DNA of 48,962 nt, filler included, from Sphacelaria rigidula (taxonomy: Eukaryota), in assembly GCA_964200075.2 (NCBI GenBank). It is 3 parts of 3 records of this genome, joined end to end, with 100 filler letters (N's around TTAATTAATTAA, not from the genome) between each part and the next. Parts side by side here need not be neighbours in the genome. Positions count along the whole stretch, not along the records: positions 1 to 16,255 come from CAXNAA020001423.1; positions 16,356 to 32,609 come from CAXNAA020001424.1; 1 more part is not named here. The stretch is one strand, 5' to 3'. Made by a program: the position numbers and the translations under genes. The first letter of the stretch is position 1. Each line of letters begins with the position of its first letter. Positions 12,343-24,692 of the stretch are shown here, piece after piece. The notes beneath the pieces were generated by a model. It made no database searches and was not told the DNA's origin. It was given only the letters and a program-made list of their open reading frames with translations.

Positions 12343-12642
12343 CTGGAGCACGAAAATTCGCGAGACATCAAAACCATGACACACACACACCCACATTGGG
12401 TCGAACAAAGGGGAGACGAATAAAAAAATAAAAAAAGAGGTTCATTGTACGAGTTAGAGTGGGCTGGGTTATGGTTGCTACGCGTTGGAAGTGTCTTATA
12501 CGAACTACTGTAACAAGCCCATCTTATGACATGAATGTTTCATCTCCCGCTTCATTTCTTTCCGTCGATACAGTGATCGGTGATGCTCGCATGAGGGTCA
12601 ATTCTGCGGAGCAGACGTACCATATCTATAACAAGATTTTCC

Positions 12643-12894
12643 CAACGTTGTCTTCTGTAGGATACAGGTACGTTTGGTAGGGTATCGTATTTCTTCCAGA
12701 ACCTCGGATATGGCTTGGAGGTTAAACGGAAACACTTACCAACATCTGCAACCAGGTATTTCTACTAGGGTATACTCGTCTCCCGTGTAAGAGTGAACAG
12801 TTTGGGCAGATCCTACGGGGCGGACGGGTACGGGTAATACCCGGGTAAACACCCTGGATGTACGAAAAATCGTACCCTACAGAACACAACCATG
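12643..12894. mobile_element. hAT-like MITE in an RPN12 intron
   Basis: TIR caacgttgtcttctgtagg/cctacagaacacaaccatg; 8-bp flanks gattttcc/gattcttc (6 of 8 identical); longer relative at 42672-43156. Confidence 0.6.
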
Positions 12895-13801
12895 GATTCT
12901 TCGTTCGGTTTGTGTCGAAGTTTTGACCCCCCCCCCGCGCGCCCTTGATATGAACTCCGCGAAAAAAATGAACTGCGATTTCGGGTGGGGAACCTGGACC
13001 TGCCCGAAAGAAGAAAGAGATCTAGCAGTAGTCGGGTGGGGAAAAAGTAGATGCACAGAACTAATTGCCTCTGTGGCGAAGTAATGGAGTAAAACCCTTT
13101 TAGTGGCAGAATGTGACCCATGCAGAGAGGGACGTGACGTGTTGGAGAGGGAAACGTGGCAAGTAAACGAAGGCGGCATGAAATCGTTTGATACATGAGA
13201 GTAGTGAGTGAGAAATCGATGGCTATACTTGGAGAGAGGTGGTGGCTACAGACCGCGAAACAAAAGGGGGATCGGAGATGGTAAAAGTTTCCGTCTCATG
13301 TACGGAAGAACAACGTAATGCGCGCCAACACGTGGGAGGTGTCTCTAAGAGGAGTAGGAACGGTGATTCGTCTCGAAAGAGATGCGTGGTCAATGGGTCA
13401 AATGACGAAGGCAAGCAACAAATGAGTGCGCCGCACTACTACAGGATGTGCTGTTGTCGGAACTCGAACACACACAAATCCGCCTGAACCAGTGCGTGTT
13501 TCATCTACCAATTCGACGTGTGTTAAATGCAACGATTTGGCCGCAGGATTGCGTATGAAACAAAACTCCGCACCGAAGGCGACACATTCTTTCTTCACCC
13601 CTTAACCGACTCATATATGGTATTTCCGCCTTCTGTCGTCCAAACGCGCAAGGGACAACACCATCAGTAGGGCACATGAGAAACAAGTATGGTATCATGC
13701 GACCAACCTGCAATGCCGGACCCCTGCTGTATTTTTGCAGGTCAACAACGTCTTAGGCTACAAAATACTTGCAAAAACATAATCAGTGCTCGCAGTCTCA
13801 C

Positions 13802-14017
13802 CTTATCATAACTGCCAACCATGAGATACTGTTCCAGTCGGACCGGGAACACCACGCAAGCATCCGCCCTCTCCTCGTCTTTCATCAGCTCAAGTTCCGA
13901 GTGGAACTCCGCCAGGCGGTTTTGCACGAGCAAAAACAGCAAGTTTAAACCCCGGACGGCGCTCTGGTTGGGAGATGCCGGCAGCTCCGTTGCAAAGTCC
14001 ATGTAGTAGGGTTTCAG
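13802..14017 (-). CDS. RPN12: RPN12 internal exon (LKPYYMDF...GLNLLFLLVQNRLAEFHSELE...PVRLEQYLMVGSYDK)
   Basis: cag| acceptor and |GTGAGA donor, 216 bp; contains hallmark RPN12 motifs GLNLLxLLxQNRxAEFHxELE and LEQxLMxGxYxK. Confidence 0.95.
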
Positions 14018-15487
14018 CTGTAAGACCGTGAGTCAGGAAAGGCGGGAGATGAAAACATATTCCGGCGTGCCCCGGTTGATCAAAACCCGGTTGATCAAAA
14101 TGGAGCACACACATGTAAAGGTTAGCTTTGGTGGATTTCATGGGATCGAATCCGAAATGGTGGATTTTTGTTGTCGTTTTCGTGAAGGGGGGGGGATTTA
14201 AATTCCCGGAGTGAAAAATTGCATAGTATCCATTGAAATTCGATTTTCCTCTTTTTTCTTCTTCTTCAAGATTTTGGTTTGGGAGATTCCTGTCGAAATT
14301 GGAACACATGACGAAATGTTCGGCTTTTTTTTTTCGTACGACGCGAGGGGGTGCATGGTGTCGGAACTGAAATATATGCCACCCCTTGGTTTCTGTTATT
14401 TTCCGTGATCAGAAAATGTGAGACATCGATGAAAGCAACTTGACGGGCTATGCGTGTGCTGATCTAGTGCCCCCTACATTAAAAGGGCAAGGCAAACACC
14501 GTAATGAAAGGGAAAATGGGTTGATATATTCCGAGGGCCGGATGAATAATAACTCGTCTGAAAATGATGTGTTTTTAGCGCAATTAATTCGTATAGTAAG
14601 AATCAATCCTTAGGCTTTCGTCTTCAGCGTTGCACTGCACCTCAGGCATGCGCACTCCAGGCACGTGGAATATGTCAACGTTTTGCGTGGATACTTTCTT
14701 GGTCAGCGATCAATGTTTTCCCACTCCCGAGCAATCAGGCCTTGGAACCCGTAGATTTGGTGATTCGAACCAGCAATGATTATCTCGACTCTTAATATCT
14801 TGACACTACGGACTGATCCTCAGCAGGGAGGGGGGGCGAGTGGGGTGTACTCATGATCTTGCATGCCGTGGTCATGAGACCATATGGAGGAGCGGGGTGG
14901 GGTCAAAACTGAAATTGAAAACGTATACCGAAGCATTCTCGGTGAAGTTAGTGCGCGGCAGAATGGTGAAGCGAGCGGAGTGTTCCTCTGAGTCAGGAAG
15001 GACATACTCGTCCTTAGATCCCAACGTTGACGGAGCGAGAGCGAGTGTGGCGCCCACTACATTACAAAAAGGAGGCCACACCAAGGCATTTAACAAAAGT
15101 CACAGTGTTCGGATGCCTAGGTGGTCCAACACGGGATAAGGTCAATCAATCAATTGGCACAGAAACAAGGTAATAAAACGAACAAGTATTGATTTTGTTG
15201 TTCTTGTCTTCACATTAAAAACCGTTCCGATATCTGCGCGGTATTGGACTGAATATCATAATTTAAAATGAAAATAGTATGATAAGCTACTGGGTTAAAA
15301 CGACGAGAAAATGGGGGTGAGTGCAGCCACACTAGTAGTATCGGTTGGCGATTCGACTGTTGCGGTTCACTACATAGGACCACACAACGACTGACCGGCC
15401 ATCACGCCATTGATAAATTTCACGAGACAGAACAGAACAGAACATAGCAAAAAACGAATATTTGATACACGAAAACATAAAGCGCAC

Positions 15488-15664
15488 CTGGGCCATGTGT
15501 CGTTGGAACCCGGCTTCGTCTCCCTCCCTCGCGCTCAAGAAGACGGCCACCTCCATCACGTCACGAACCAGCGTTCGTTCTCGCGTTGCCTCCGGCCCGT
15601 CACGCCCGAGGGGCGGCAGGGACTCGAACGAAGTTATCAGGATCTTCAGCTGCATCAGCTGCTT
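15488..15664 (-). CDS. RPN12: RPN12 internal exon (KQLMQLKILITSFESLPP...RDVMEVAVFLSAREGDEAGFQRHMAQ); upstream start exon not found
   Basis: cag| acceptor and |GTGCGC donor, 177 bp, phase 0/0; FxRxxAQ joins LKPYY of the next exon as in RPN12 homologues. Confidence 0.9.
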
Positions 15665-16255
15665 CTGCGGTCGGTTCGGTTGGGGAGACGTTTGACGTGG
15701 GTCGGCAGGGGAAAGGGGGGGTTGAGTCGATGACGCTTAGCTGTCAACTCTTGTGCCGTGCCTCATGGTGGAAACATGTTTTTCCCATGGGTTTTTTCGG
15801 GTTTGGTGACCACCAGTAAGTATACAATCATATATCAATCGACACCAAGCCGGTTTCAGCTGGAGTCGCTGACCACGGTCGAGCTTGCCTGAGGAACCAT
15901 ATCAACTGTCAACACAGGGATGGAGTAGGACCATTTGGAGATTCTACTTGACGAGAGGTCCATCAACACGCCAACAAAAACAAGAACAGCGACCCCCAAA
16001 GTGCAAACTCGATCACGTTTCAAGTACAGAATAGCGGTATGCTCAAACGTCAAAATCTGCAATTTTTGGAGGGGATGGGGAAAGGGGGCTGTGATTTGAA
16101 CTCTGATTCGCTTCACTACTTCCGTATGTACACCTTGTCCCGCAATGCGTGGGCCACGATACTGTTGATAATACCAGCTTGTGCGTAGATAAACATGACG
16201 GAAGGATCGCCCCATCCTCCAAATCTAGTGCAGATGCCAAATGCCAGAATTCCTC

Positions 16256-16355
16256 NNNNNNNNNNNNNNNNNNNNNNNNNNNNNNNNNNNNNNNNNNNNT
16301 TAATTAATTAANNNNNNNNNNNNNNNNNNNNNNNNNNNNNNNNNNNNNNNNNNNN
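16256..16355. other. Artificial scaffold linker (44 N + TTAATTAATTAA + 44 N)
   Basis: Exactly 100 bp with a six-frame stop spacer; identical block at 32610-32709. Confidence 0.95.
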
Positions 16356-17081
16356 CAAATTGGATCTATCTGATATTGCCGCAGCACCGTCCGTGCTGGC
16401 ATATGTGTGTGACAGAGAACAGTAGTAGCGGTGACGGGATTATTGCCCTGTTTTTTCAACATGTTTTCAGCGCACAGAGGCGCGTGTTGTCCAAAAAGAG
16501 AGGCAGAGAGAAATCGATCTTCGCGTTGGCGACAGGCAAGAAGAGACCACGGGATTTCTCCGCACGTCGATGCTCTGGCATATGAAAAATTTGCACATGC
16601 TGGTAAGATCAAGGATGCCAGCCTCTCGAGCGTTTGGTAATCGCCGAGCGGGGACACACAAAGGGCACGGGCGTGGAGCTTCCTCTCTGTCGTTGCTTCT
16701 TTCTCTGGTGATATCGTCATCGACACGCGTGTACACCGCATTTCGTTGGGTGCACCTAGCCAAAGTTGCTTAACCCTTGGGCCGCGGTGCCCGTAGTCCA
16801 TCTGGACCACGCGTGTACTTTTTTCACGTGAATATTGATGCCGATTCAGCAGGTGACCTACTCTCGCGGTCTGACGGGTAACTCCTGCTGCGGAGTTTTG
16901 GGGGGGAAGATACTTTCGCTCTGTGTTACTTTTGTGTATATTTCCTGCCATAGAGAAATGCGACTTCAGCCCCATTTTAGTGTTGAACCCCGAAATTCAA
17001 AATCGGCTGTTGAAACCAAACGTGGGCCGGTGAGTGGCCTACGAAAAACTGTCCCAAATCTCTACCAATCCGGTTTTCAAA

Positions 17082-17834
17082 AGGCCCATGCTCGGGCCAA
17101 TATTTGGAGTAGGAGCGTAAAAGTTTGGTGTGGACAATGCATAGGGCATGAAAAAAAATACGTCGGTACCATTTTTTTGTAATGAGTGAAAGCCGGATGT
17201 TATGGCAAACAGATTTTTGGCCCACAGATTGTTCACTTTTGGGACGTTTGACCCCCCTGTTGACCCCCAAACAGGGAAAATCGCAAACACACGTCTTGGA
17301 CACTTGGCATCACCCCACAGAGAGGAGCCTAGTCTTCTTTTCAGATTTGCTTGGCTCCGAGGTTTCGAGATTGGCTGCTGCACAAAAAATCGTACGCAAG
17401 AAGTTGTGCTTGCCGACCCCCGCCAGTTTGCCCAATAATCTGTGGAGATCGCCGTAGATTTTATTGCACACGGATTTTTGTTGAGCAGCCGCTCTCGAAA
17501 CCTTGAAGCCAAGGGAATTTGAAGAGGTAGCTAGGGGCCTCTCTGCGGGGTGATACAAAGTGTCCAAGACGGGTGTTGGCGATTTTCCGTGTTCGGGGGT
17601 CAAAAAGTGGCTCAAACACCATGACAGTGAACAATCCGTGGGCCAAAAATCTGTTTGCCATGACATCCGGCCTAGGGGCAATAATCAGTTTTCAGGTATC
17701 AGTAGGATGCCTCTAAAAACTAACTCTTGGGGGGGGAAAAGCATTTTGGCACCGACGTATTTTTTTTCATGCCCTATGCATTGTCCATACCAAATTTTAC
17801 GCTCCGACTCTAAATACTGGCGGAGCATGGGCCT
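17082..17834. repeat. ~750-bp foldback (long inverted repeat) element
   Basis: 17082-17170 is the reverse complement of 17747-17834 and 17190-17440 of 17460-17670 (imperfect). Confidence 0.8.
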
Positions 17835-18760
17835 GCGAACTTCAAATCCGCCTCTAGGCTGGCCCAGCTCGTAGATGTCACTAGTTCATCTAGCGATGTT
17901 TGATCCCTCCTCTGAAGTTATGCTAGCTGCCGAGAGTGTATGCACGACGTACCGCGTCCTGGGTGTATGGGTACTTCTTGCTGTACTGCTCTTCTCCTCT
18001 TGGTCATATTCTTCTGACCGTGGGTCTGATCGATGGAAGTATGGACAAAAGAGAACGAAGAAACCATGTTGCTCGGTACCGCACAGTTGATTACGGTACA
18101 GCGGAGGTGGCTCACGCGAAAGTAGACTCCTGTGAAGATATAGTCTCGACTCGGGCATATCTGCTGTTTCCAGCCTGTATGTCGCCACCATTGGAAATGT
18201 CCAGGTGAGAACTATTTGATGTTTCTGGATACAACCGCTGATGCACGCATCTACGTATGTTCCAGCGCGCTAGAGGATAGAGGACAACAGGTAGTGCACA
18301 ACCTGTCAACTCGGCAGTGCTTTCCTAATCGGATCACGGTCTATCGAGGTCGCTTCGTTCATACCCCCATCAGCCTATATAGAATGCATAATCCAAACAT
18401 AGTTGACGTGAGCCACCGACATCTCCTAGGGATGCTATTTTCAGAATAGTTTTCTGATGCCTTTACGAGCTTGGCCAGCCCAGGAGCGCTTCTGTAGGTT
18501 TCTGCCCATTCTTACCTCGATTTCGAGAGTTCGACTTTCGAATTTGATATTGAGAATCACTTGGGAATAATCGAAGAGCTAAGTTTGAGTTATGGAGGTA
18601 ATGTTTTTTCTCCGACGTGGACCGTTCTGTAAAGGGACCGATCCCGAATCTGGCGGGACCCCAATCTGTGCCAAATCGGGAGGACTCAGATTCGCGAATC
18701 TCAGATCCGTGTGTACCCCCTTCAAACCATCTTTTATGGCAGTCACGAAAACGGATCTGA

Positions 18761-20015
18761 GGCCGTGTCTTAGGTCTGTCTTCGCACACGAGTTTCCGAT
18801 CGAAGAAGTGCGGTGGAAAACAAGAATCCTGATCTGATAGGTCATGATTTCAACCATCTTCAAAATAAACAACGATGGTTGAAATTACGACGTATCAGAT
18901 CAGGATTTTTGTTCTCCACCGCACTTTTTCGATCGAAAACTCATGTGCTCAGACAGGACCTTATGAAATTGTCTTCGACTCGAAAACGTACGGTGGAATG
19001 GAATTTGCTCTTACCTGATACATCCACGGCATCCATGTTCCAAACCATATGAGAAACTAAAGAGCGTGCGCGAATCAGAAACGAGGGAATTCGATTCGAC
19101 CGCACGTTTTCGACACAAGAACAATTTGACAAAACACGGCCCTAGGCCGTGTCGTTTCAATATTTTTTCGACTCGAACGAGTTCGTGCGGCGGAACTGAT
19201 TCAGTTCGCTTTGCTATGTTTGGGTTCGAGCGAATTCGCACGCTTTGAATCGAAAAGGCTAAGCGAAATTCGTGAAGCGGTTCTTCTTTATTTATATTCA
19301 ATAGACAGTACAGTACAGACAGTACAGACCGTACAACAACAGTGGCGACCTGTACTGTCTAGATAGTGTGCGTGTTCCGACAGCGTGCAGGCGCAATGTG
19401 GAAAAGAAGCGGGCAACGCGACATACAGACAGCACAGCTTTCTGACTCTCTGCATACAGGAGGATACGAGGTAGATTTGAACCTCGAGCAGTTTTGCACT
19501 GCCTCTACTGTCCATGAGCGCGTTGGCAATTCGATCGCCCACCCCAACACGCAACTCAGTCGGTTGACCCTGCCACAAAATTAGAAGACCAAGTTTTCGC
19601 CAACAAGAAGAAACACATCATGCCAAAAGTGTGGTGGTGTCGGTTTCCTATTACCGCAGTGTATGTTATTTATCTCTGCGCTGAGTTCGTGACCTATGCC
19701 GCAGGGTTGAGTAGGTACGAGTAGCTGTGAATGAACCTTATGGGTTTTGCGTCATTCTGTGAAAAGGTAGTATCTGGCACGGTTGTCTGCAGCACAGGAG
19801 TTACGTGCCCCTTCGTTCATTCTGCCGCTCGTTTCGCTCGATAAAGCTGAGCTAATCTGTTTTTGACCCTGCCCGTCGTACGCAACTAATTATAAAGTGG
19901 ACTTGAAGGCATCTGAAAGCATAAATGCCGTGGACGTATCAGATACGGCCTCGTAGCAACCAATTCGATTCGACCGCATGTTTTCGAGTCGAAAATGTTT
20001 TGACAAGACACCGCC
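18761..20015. mobile_element. Tandem/composite Harbinger-like MITE(s)
   Basis: Outer ends ggccgtgtc...gacaccgcc with TGA/TGA TSD; internal junction acacggcc-cta-ggccgtgtc near 19134-19153; 19145-20015 is an inverted relative of 21296-22143. Confidence 0.7.
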
Positions 20016-20327
20016 TGAACGCACATCGGAATTTGGCCCAAATCGGGGAAGCTCAAATATATGTCACGATTTGACAACGATTTCCCCCGAATCTGAGCGC
20101 ACATCGGGGGAAAATGGAGGTCCCCCGAATCTGTAGAAAGTGACGTACGTACATTGACGTACGGTGATAGGGCGACAGGCGTTTGATACCCTTGCAACGG
20201 CAGCAGCAGACAGTCTCGTGACAGCACAGACCATGCCTCCCGGCGCCAGCTGCTGGAGCAGCTTCGCACTGGGTTTGACGAGCGGGTAAGAAGTCTTGAC
20301 GCCGTATCCTGCGGCGATGGCAATAAT

Positions 20328-21154
20328 TTATGCTGCACTGCGCTGCTGTATGTATCATCATAACAAACGGTACTGTGCTATACTACATTCTGCTGTCGCT
20401 GTACTTGAAGGGCGATGGATGACACTGCACTGGTGAACTCTCGTGGCACACTGTGCACTGCTGTTGCAATACCGACTGTACCATCATGTATTACAATACG
20501 GCATCACCTTGTACTGTGATTGTGGAGTGTACTGCACCGCATTATACCTTAAGGTACCACGATACGAGGCTGCTCTTGAAAGATGATTCATTGCCTGCCT
20601 GTTCTTCGGCTTCATTGTGACACCACACCCCTGCAGAAAATGACCGTCCGTGTCCAGAACAATTCCAGCAAAGCTGTGAAGCCATGACACACACAGGCGT
20701 ACACACGAATCTAAGTTTCGCGAATCTGAGTCCCCTCAATTTGGCACAGATTGGAGTCCCGCCAGATACGGGATTGGCTGCCATGCAAGTTGGTCTTATG
20801 GCTTCACAGCTTTGTTGGAATTGTTTTGGACACGGACGGTCATTTTCTGGGCGGGTGTGGTATCACAGTGAAGCCGAAGAACAGGCAGGCAGTGAATCAT
20901 CCTTGAAGAGCATCGTCGTACCGGGTACCCTAGGGTATAATGCAGTGCAGTACACTCCACAATCACAGTACACGGTAATGCCGTGTGGTAGTACATGATG
21001 GTACAGTCGGTATTGCAACAACAGTGTACAGTGTGCCACAAGAGTTCACTAGTGCAGTGTCATTCATCGCCCTTCAAGTACAGCGACAGCAGAGTATAGG
21101 ATAGTACAGTACCGTTTGTTATGATGATACATACAGCAGCGCAGTGCAGCATAA
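20328..21154. repeat. Long inverted repeat: arms 20328-20685 and 20798-21154
   Basis: ~357-bp arms are closely similar reverse complements around a ~112-bp spacer; a third more diverged copy at about 22360-22870. Confidence 0.85.
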
Positions 21155-21295
21155 TACTGTTCTGAACTCGTGACATGTTAATCAGAACTTCCCCTATTTG
21201 GGCCAAATTGGGGTCCATACAAGGCGTTTCCCGATTCAAGGTCCCCCGATCTGCGTACAGATCCGTTTTTGTGACTGCCATACAAAATGGTCTCA

Positions 21296-22143
21296 GGTCG
21301 TGTCTCACCATTTGTTTTCGACTCGAAAACACGCGGTCGAATCGAATTGATCGTAATTAGCTCGTATCTCATTCGTCCACGACATTTACGTTCTAAGATG
21401 ACTTTGAGTCTTTTTATTACTATTTGCGAGTGACAGATAGGGTTAAAAGCAGAAACGCTTAGCTTTTTCAGTTGAAAACAAGCGGTGGAACGACCGAAGG
21501 GACACATTATTCCTACGTTGCAGACAACTATGCCAGATACCACCCTTTCACAGAACTATGCAAAACCCACATTTTTCATCCGCAGTTACCAACTCAACCC
21601 TGCAGCATAGATCATAAACTGAGCATAGGAATACATGCACGTGAATGATAAGGAGCCAACATCACCACCCTCTTGGCATGATGTGTTTTTTTCTTCGTTG
21701 CCGAAAACCTGGGCATCTAGTATTGTGGTGGGATCCACCGACGGAGTTGCGTGTTGAGGTGGGCGACCAAATTGCTCACATGCTCATGGATGTAGAGGTA
21801 GTGCAAAACTGCACGCGGTTCAAATCTTCGTTACATCCTTTTGTATGCAGAGAGTGCAGACGGCTCTGCTGTCTGCTGTCTGTATGTCAAGTTGCCGCTT
21901 TGTTTCCACATCGCGCCTGCATGCTATAAGAAACACACACTATGCAGACGGTCAGTATTGTCTGTACGTTCTGTACTGCCGTCGGTATTGAACACAAGTA
22001 AACGAGTTCCGCTTCACGAATTTCGCTTAGCTTGTTTCATGCAAAGTGTGCAAACGCGGTCGGATCCCCATGCAGCAAAACACACTGAATCAATTCCGCT
22101 GCACACACTTGTTCGAGTCGAAAAACAGTGATGAGACACGACC
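21296..22143. mobile_element. PIF/Harbinger-like MITE
   Basis: Perfect 12-bp TIR ggtcgtgtctca/tgagacacgacc with TSD TCA/TCA. Confidence 0.8.
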
Positions 22144-23261
22144 TCAGGGACGTTTTGAGGTGAAAATGGGCGATTCAGCCCCCGAGGTGGTCGAGATTCA
22201 TATCAGCATTTTACGTACCACTTAGAATGAGCTCAAGGGCAACGAATATCGATTTTGTGGAGATCCCGATTTCTTCAAAATCGCGAGGACCCATATTTGC
22301 GAACTCAAAATCGGGGGCATCGTTTTATGGTATCACAGATTCGTGAAATAGTTTTTTAAACAGACCGTCATTTTCTGCATGAGTGTATCGCGTACTTGTG
22401 CATGAAGCGGAAGGGTAGGTAGGCGATGAATCAGCCTTCGAGTACAGAGTCGTACCGTGCTACCTTAGGGTAATGCAGTGCAGGGCACTCTATCATTGCA
22501 AAACATGATGATGCCGTGTAGTAATATATGATGGCACACTCGGTATTGCGAGAACAGTGAACGAACAGTGCGCGAGAAGAGTTCAGTAGTGCAGTACCAT
22601 ACATTACCCTGCAAGTACAGCCACAACATACTAGCATAGTACAGTATCGTTCGTTATGATGATGCATATGGCAGCACAGTGCAGCATAATAATTACTATC
22701 GCCGCGGGGTACGGCGTCAACACTTATTATCCGCTTGTCAAACCCCGTGCGAACCTTCTTCAGTAGCTGGCCCGGGCAGGCACGCCCTGCGCTGTCACGA
22801 GACTGTCTTCTACTGCGGTTGCAAAAATATCAAACGCTTCGTACCCTACCATTGTACATCATGTACGTACTTCACCTCCCTATAATCGGAGGGACCTCAG
22901 ATTCCCCCCGATTTCTGGCGAAAAATCGGGGGGAATCGTTTTGAAACCGTGGTACCCCGATTTTTTCTCCCCCGATTCGGCCCAGATGGAGGTCTGTAAA
23001 ATGCATTCCTCTATTTTTTTCCCCGCCGATCTGCGTAAAGTCGAGATTTGTGACTGTCATGAAAGATGGTCTTACCTCCCCATGAATGTTGAATGTGAAT
23101 AATGTACCGAAGAGTCATCCACTATTAATCACGGATGGTAAAGCTGTAGTTCAAGGTCACACCGCACGAATCACGAACTGGGAATGTGTACACTCGAAGT
23201 AGTGTCAGACGAATCAAGAGTGAAACATGTGTTTGTATCACAATTCCTGTACGAGTCAGTG

Positions 23262-23690
23262 GTGGGAAACATGTACACTTGATACATCTCGTATGAAACG
23301 AAGGTAGGGAACATGTACGGACGATTCTTGCTGCATGAACCGAAACTGGGAAACATTTACGCTTGATTCGCCCTGTATGGATGAAAGGGAAATATATACG
23401 CATGATTCATGCTGCATGAACGGAATTTGGGAAATACGCACGCATGATTCACCTCGTATGAATGGACGGTGAGGAACATGTCCCATGATTGATGCTGCAT
23501 GAATGACAAGGGAGATACATGTACGCTTGATTCACCTCGTATAAATGGAAGGTGGGAAACATGTATCTATGATGCATGCTCAAAAGCGCAAGCTGGGAAA
23601 CATACATATGAATCACGTGATTCATGCTGCGTGGTCAAAAGGGGAGAAATACAGCGTGTACCTATATTCATGCCGTATGAGTGGAAGATA
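23262..23690. repeat. Degenerate ~42-bp minisatellite, array 1
   Basis: About ten units of consensus gggaaacatgtacgc(t/a)tgattca(cctcgt/tgctgc)atgaatggaaggt. Confidence 0.8.
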
Positions 23691-24368
23691 CTGCTATTGT
23701 CGCTTGTCCGCTGTAAAGATTGTGCAGCGCTATGCTGTGCTGTGCTGTGCTGTGCTGTCCGCTGACTGCAGCGCCGGAGCGTTGCCGAAAACTCCCACGA
23801 ACATGCGGAGACGGCGCTTGCAGTATTGGTGCTGTCTGTGGCTGTCTCCGTATTATTTTATACATACAGGCCAACTATACCGTAGAACAAAACATGAAAA
23901 GCAGGAAGGCTGTGGATAGCTTAAGTCGGGAGAATAAACAGCTGGAAGAATCACTCGAGGCGCGCAGATGCGTGCTGTGCTATACTGCACCGTAGTATGT
24001 AGGGCCTGCAGTATACGGGTTTTCCCAAAAAAACCCGCGAGCATGCGCGGACGACTCGTGCTGGTGCTGCCTTCTTCGCAGGTGGTCGTGGTATTGTATG
24101 CAGTATGTTCAGGTCAACTGTACCATAGAACATTACATGAAAATCATAACATGAAACCACAAGAAGAAAAAAGGCTTGGAACACCGCCCTGGGCGCCCAG
24201 ACGCATGTTTTGTGCTACAGTTGATCTGTTCCGTGTGAGTATGAAATTTTTATTTCGGGTTTATTTCGGATTTGACTCTCGAGGGAATAGCGACCTGTAC
24301 GCTCTTATTTGCATGCTCCTCCTGCGAAATGGCCGTAGAACCGCAGAGTCGCGCCCAATGAAGTGACA

Positions 24369-24692
24369 AGTGGGAAACAACGTGTTCTCATGGTTTATAT
24401 CATATGAACAGAAGGTAGGGAACATGTACATGTGATCCACGCTGCATACATGAAGAGCGGGAGCCATGTGCACTTGATCCATCTCGTGTGAATGGAATGT
24501 GGAAAACATGTACGAATGATTCGTGCTGCATGGATGGAAGGGGAGAAACATGTACGCTTGATTCACCTAGTGTGACTGGGAGGTGGACTAGTATGAATGG
24601 GAGGTGGGCAACATGCGCGTATGATTCATGCTGCATGAAAAGAAACTGGCAATCATGTTATACCGGACGAATGGAGGGTGGGAAACGTGTAC
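24369..24692. repeat. Degenerate ~42-bp minisatellite, array 2
   Basis: Same unit and orientation as 23262-23690, about seven units. Confidence 0.8.

Noticed and set aside
16300-16311. TTAATTAATTAA as a biological motif
   Set aside because: Centred in symmetric N runs, twice, totalling exactly 100 bp: an assembly spacer.
16304-16975. 223-aa minus-strand ORF
   Set aside because: Runs into the N linker, overlaps dispersed repeats, no motif.
23262-24692. CRISPR-like array
   Set aside because: Whole 42-bp units are homologous and degenerate; no invariant repeat with unique spacers, no cas genes, eukaryotic context.
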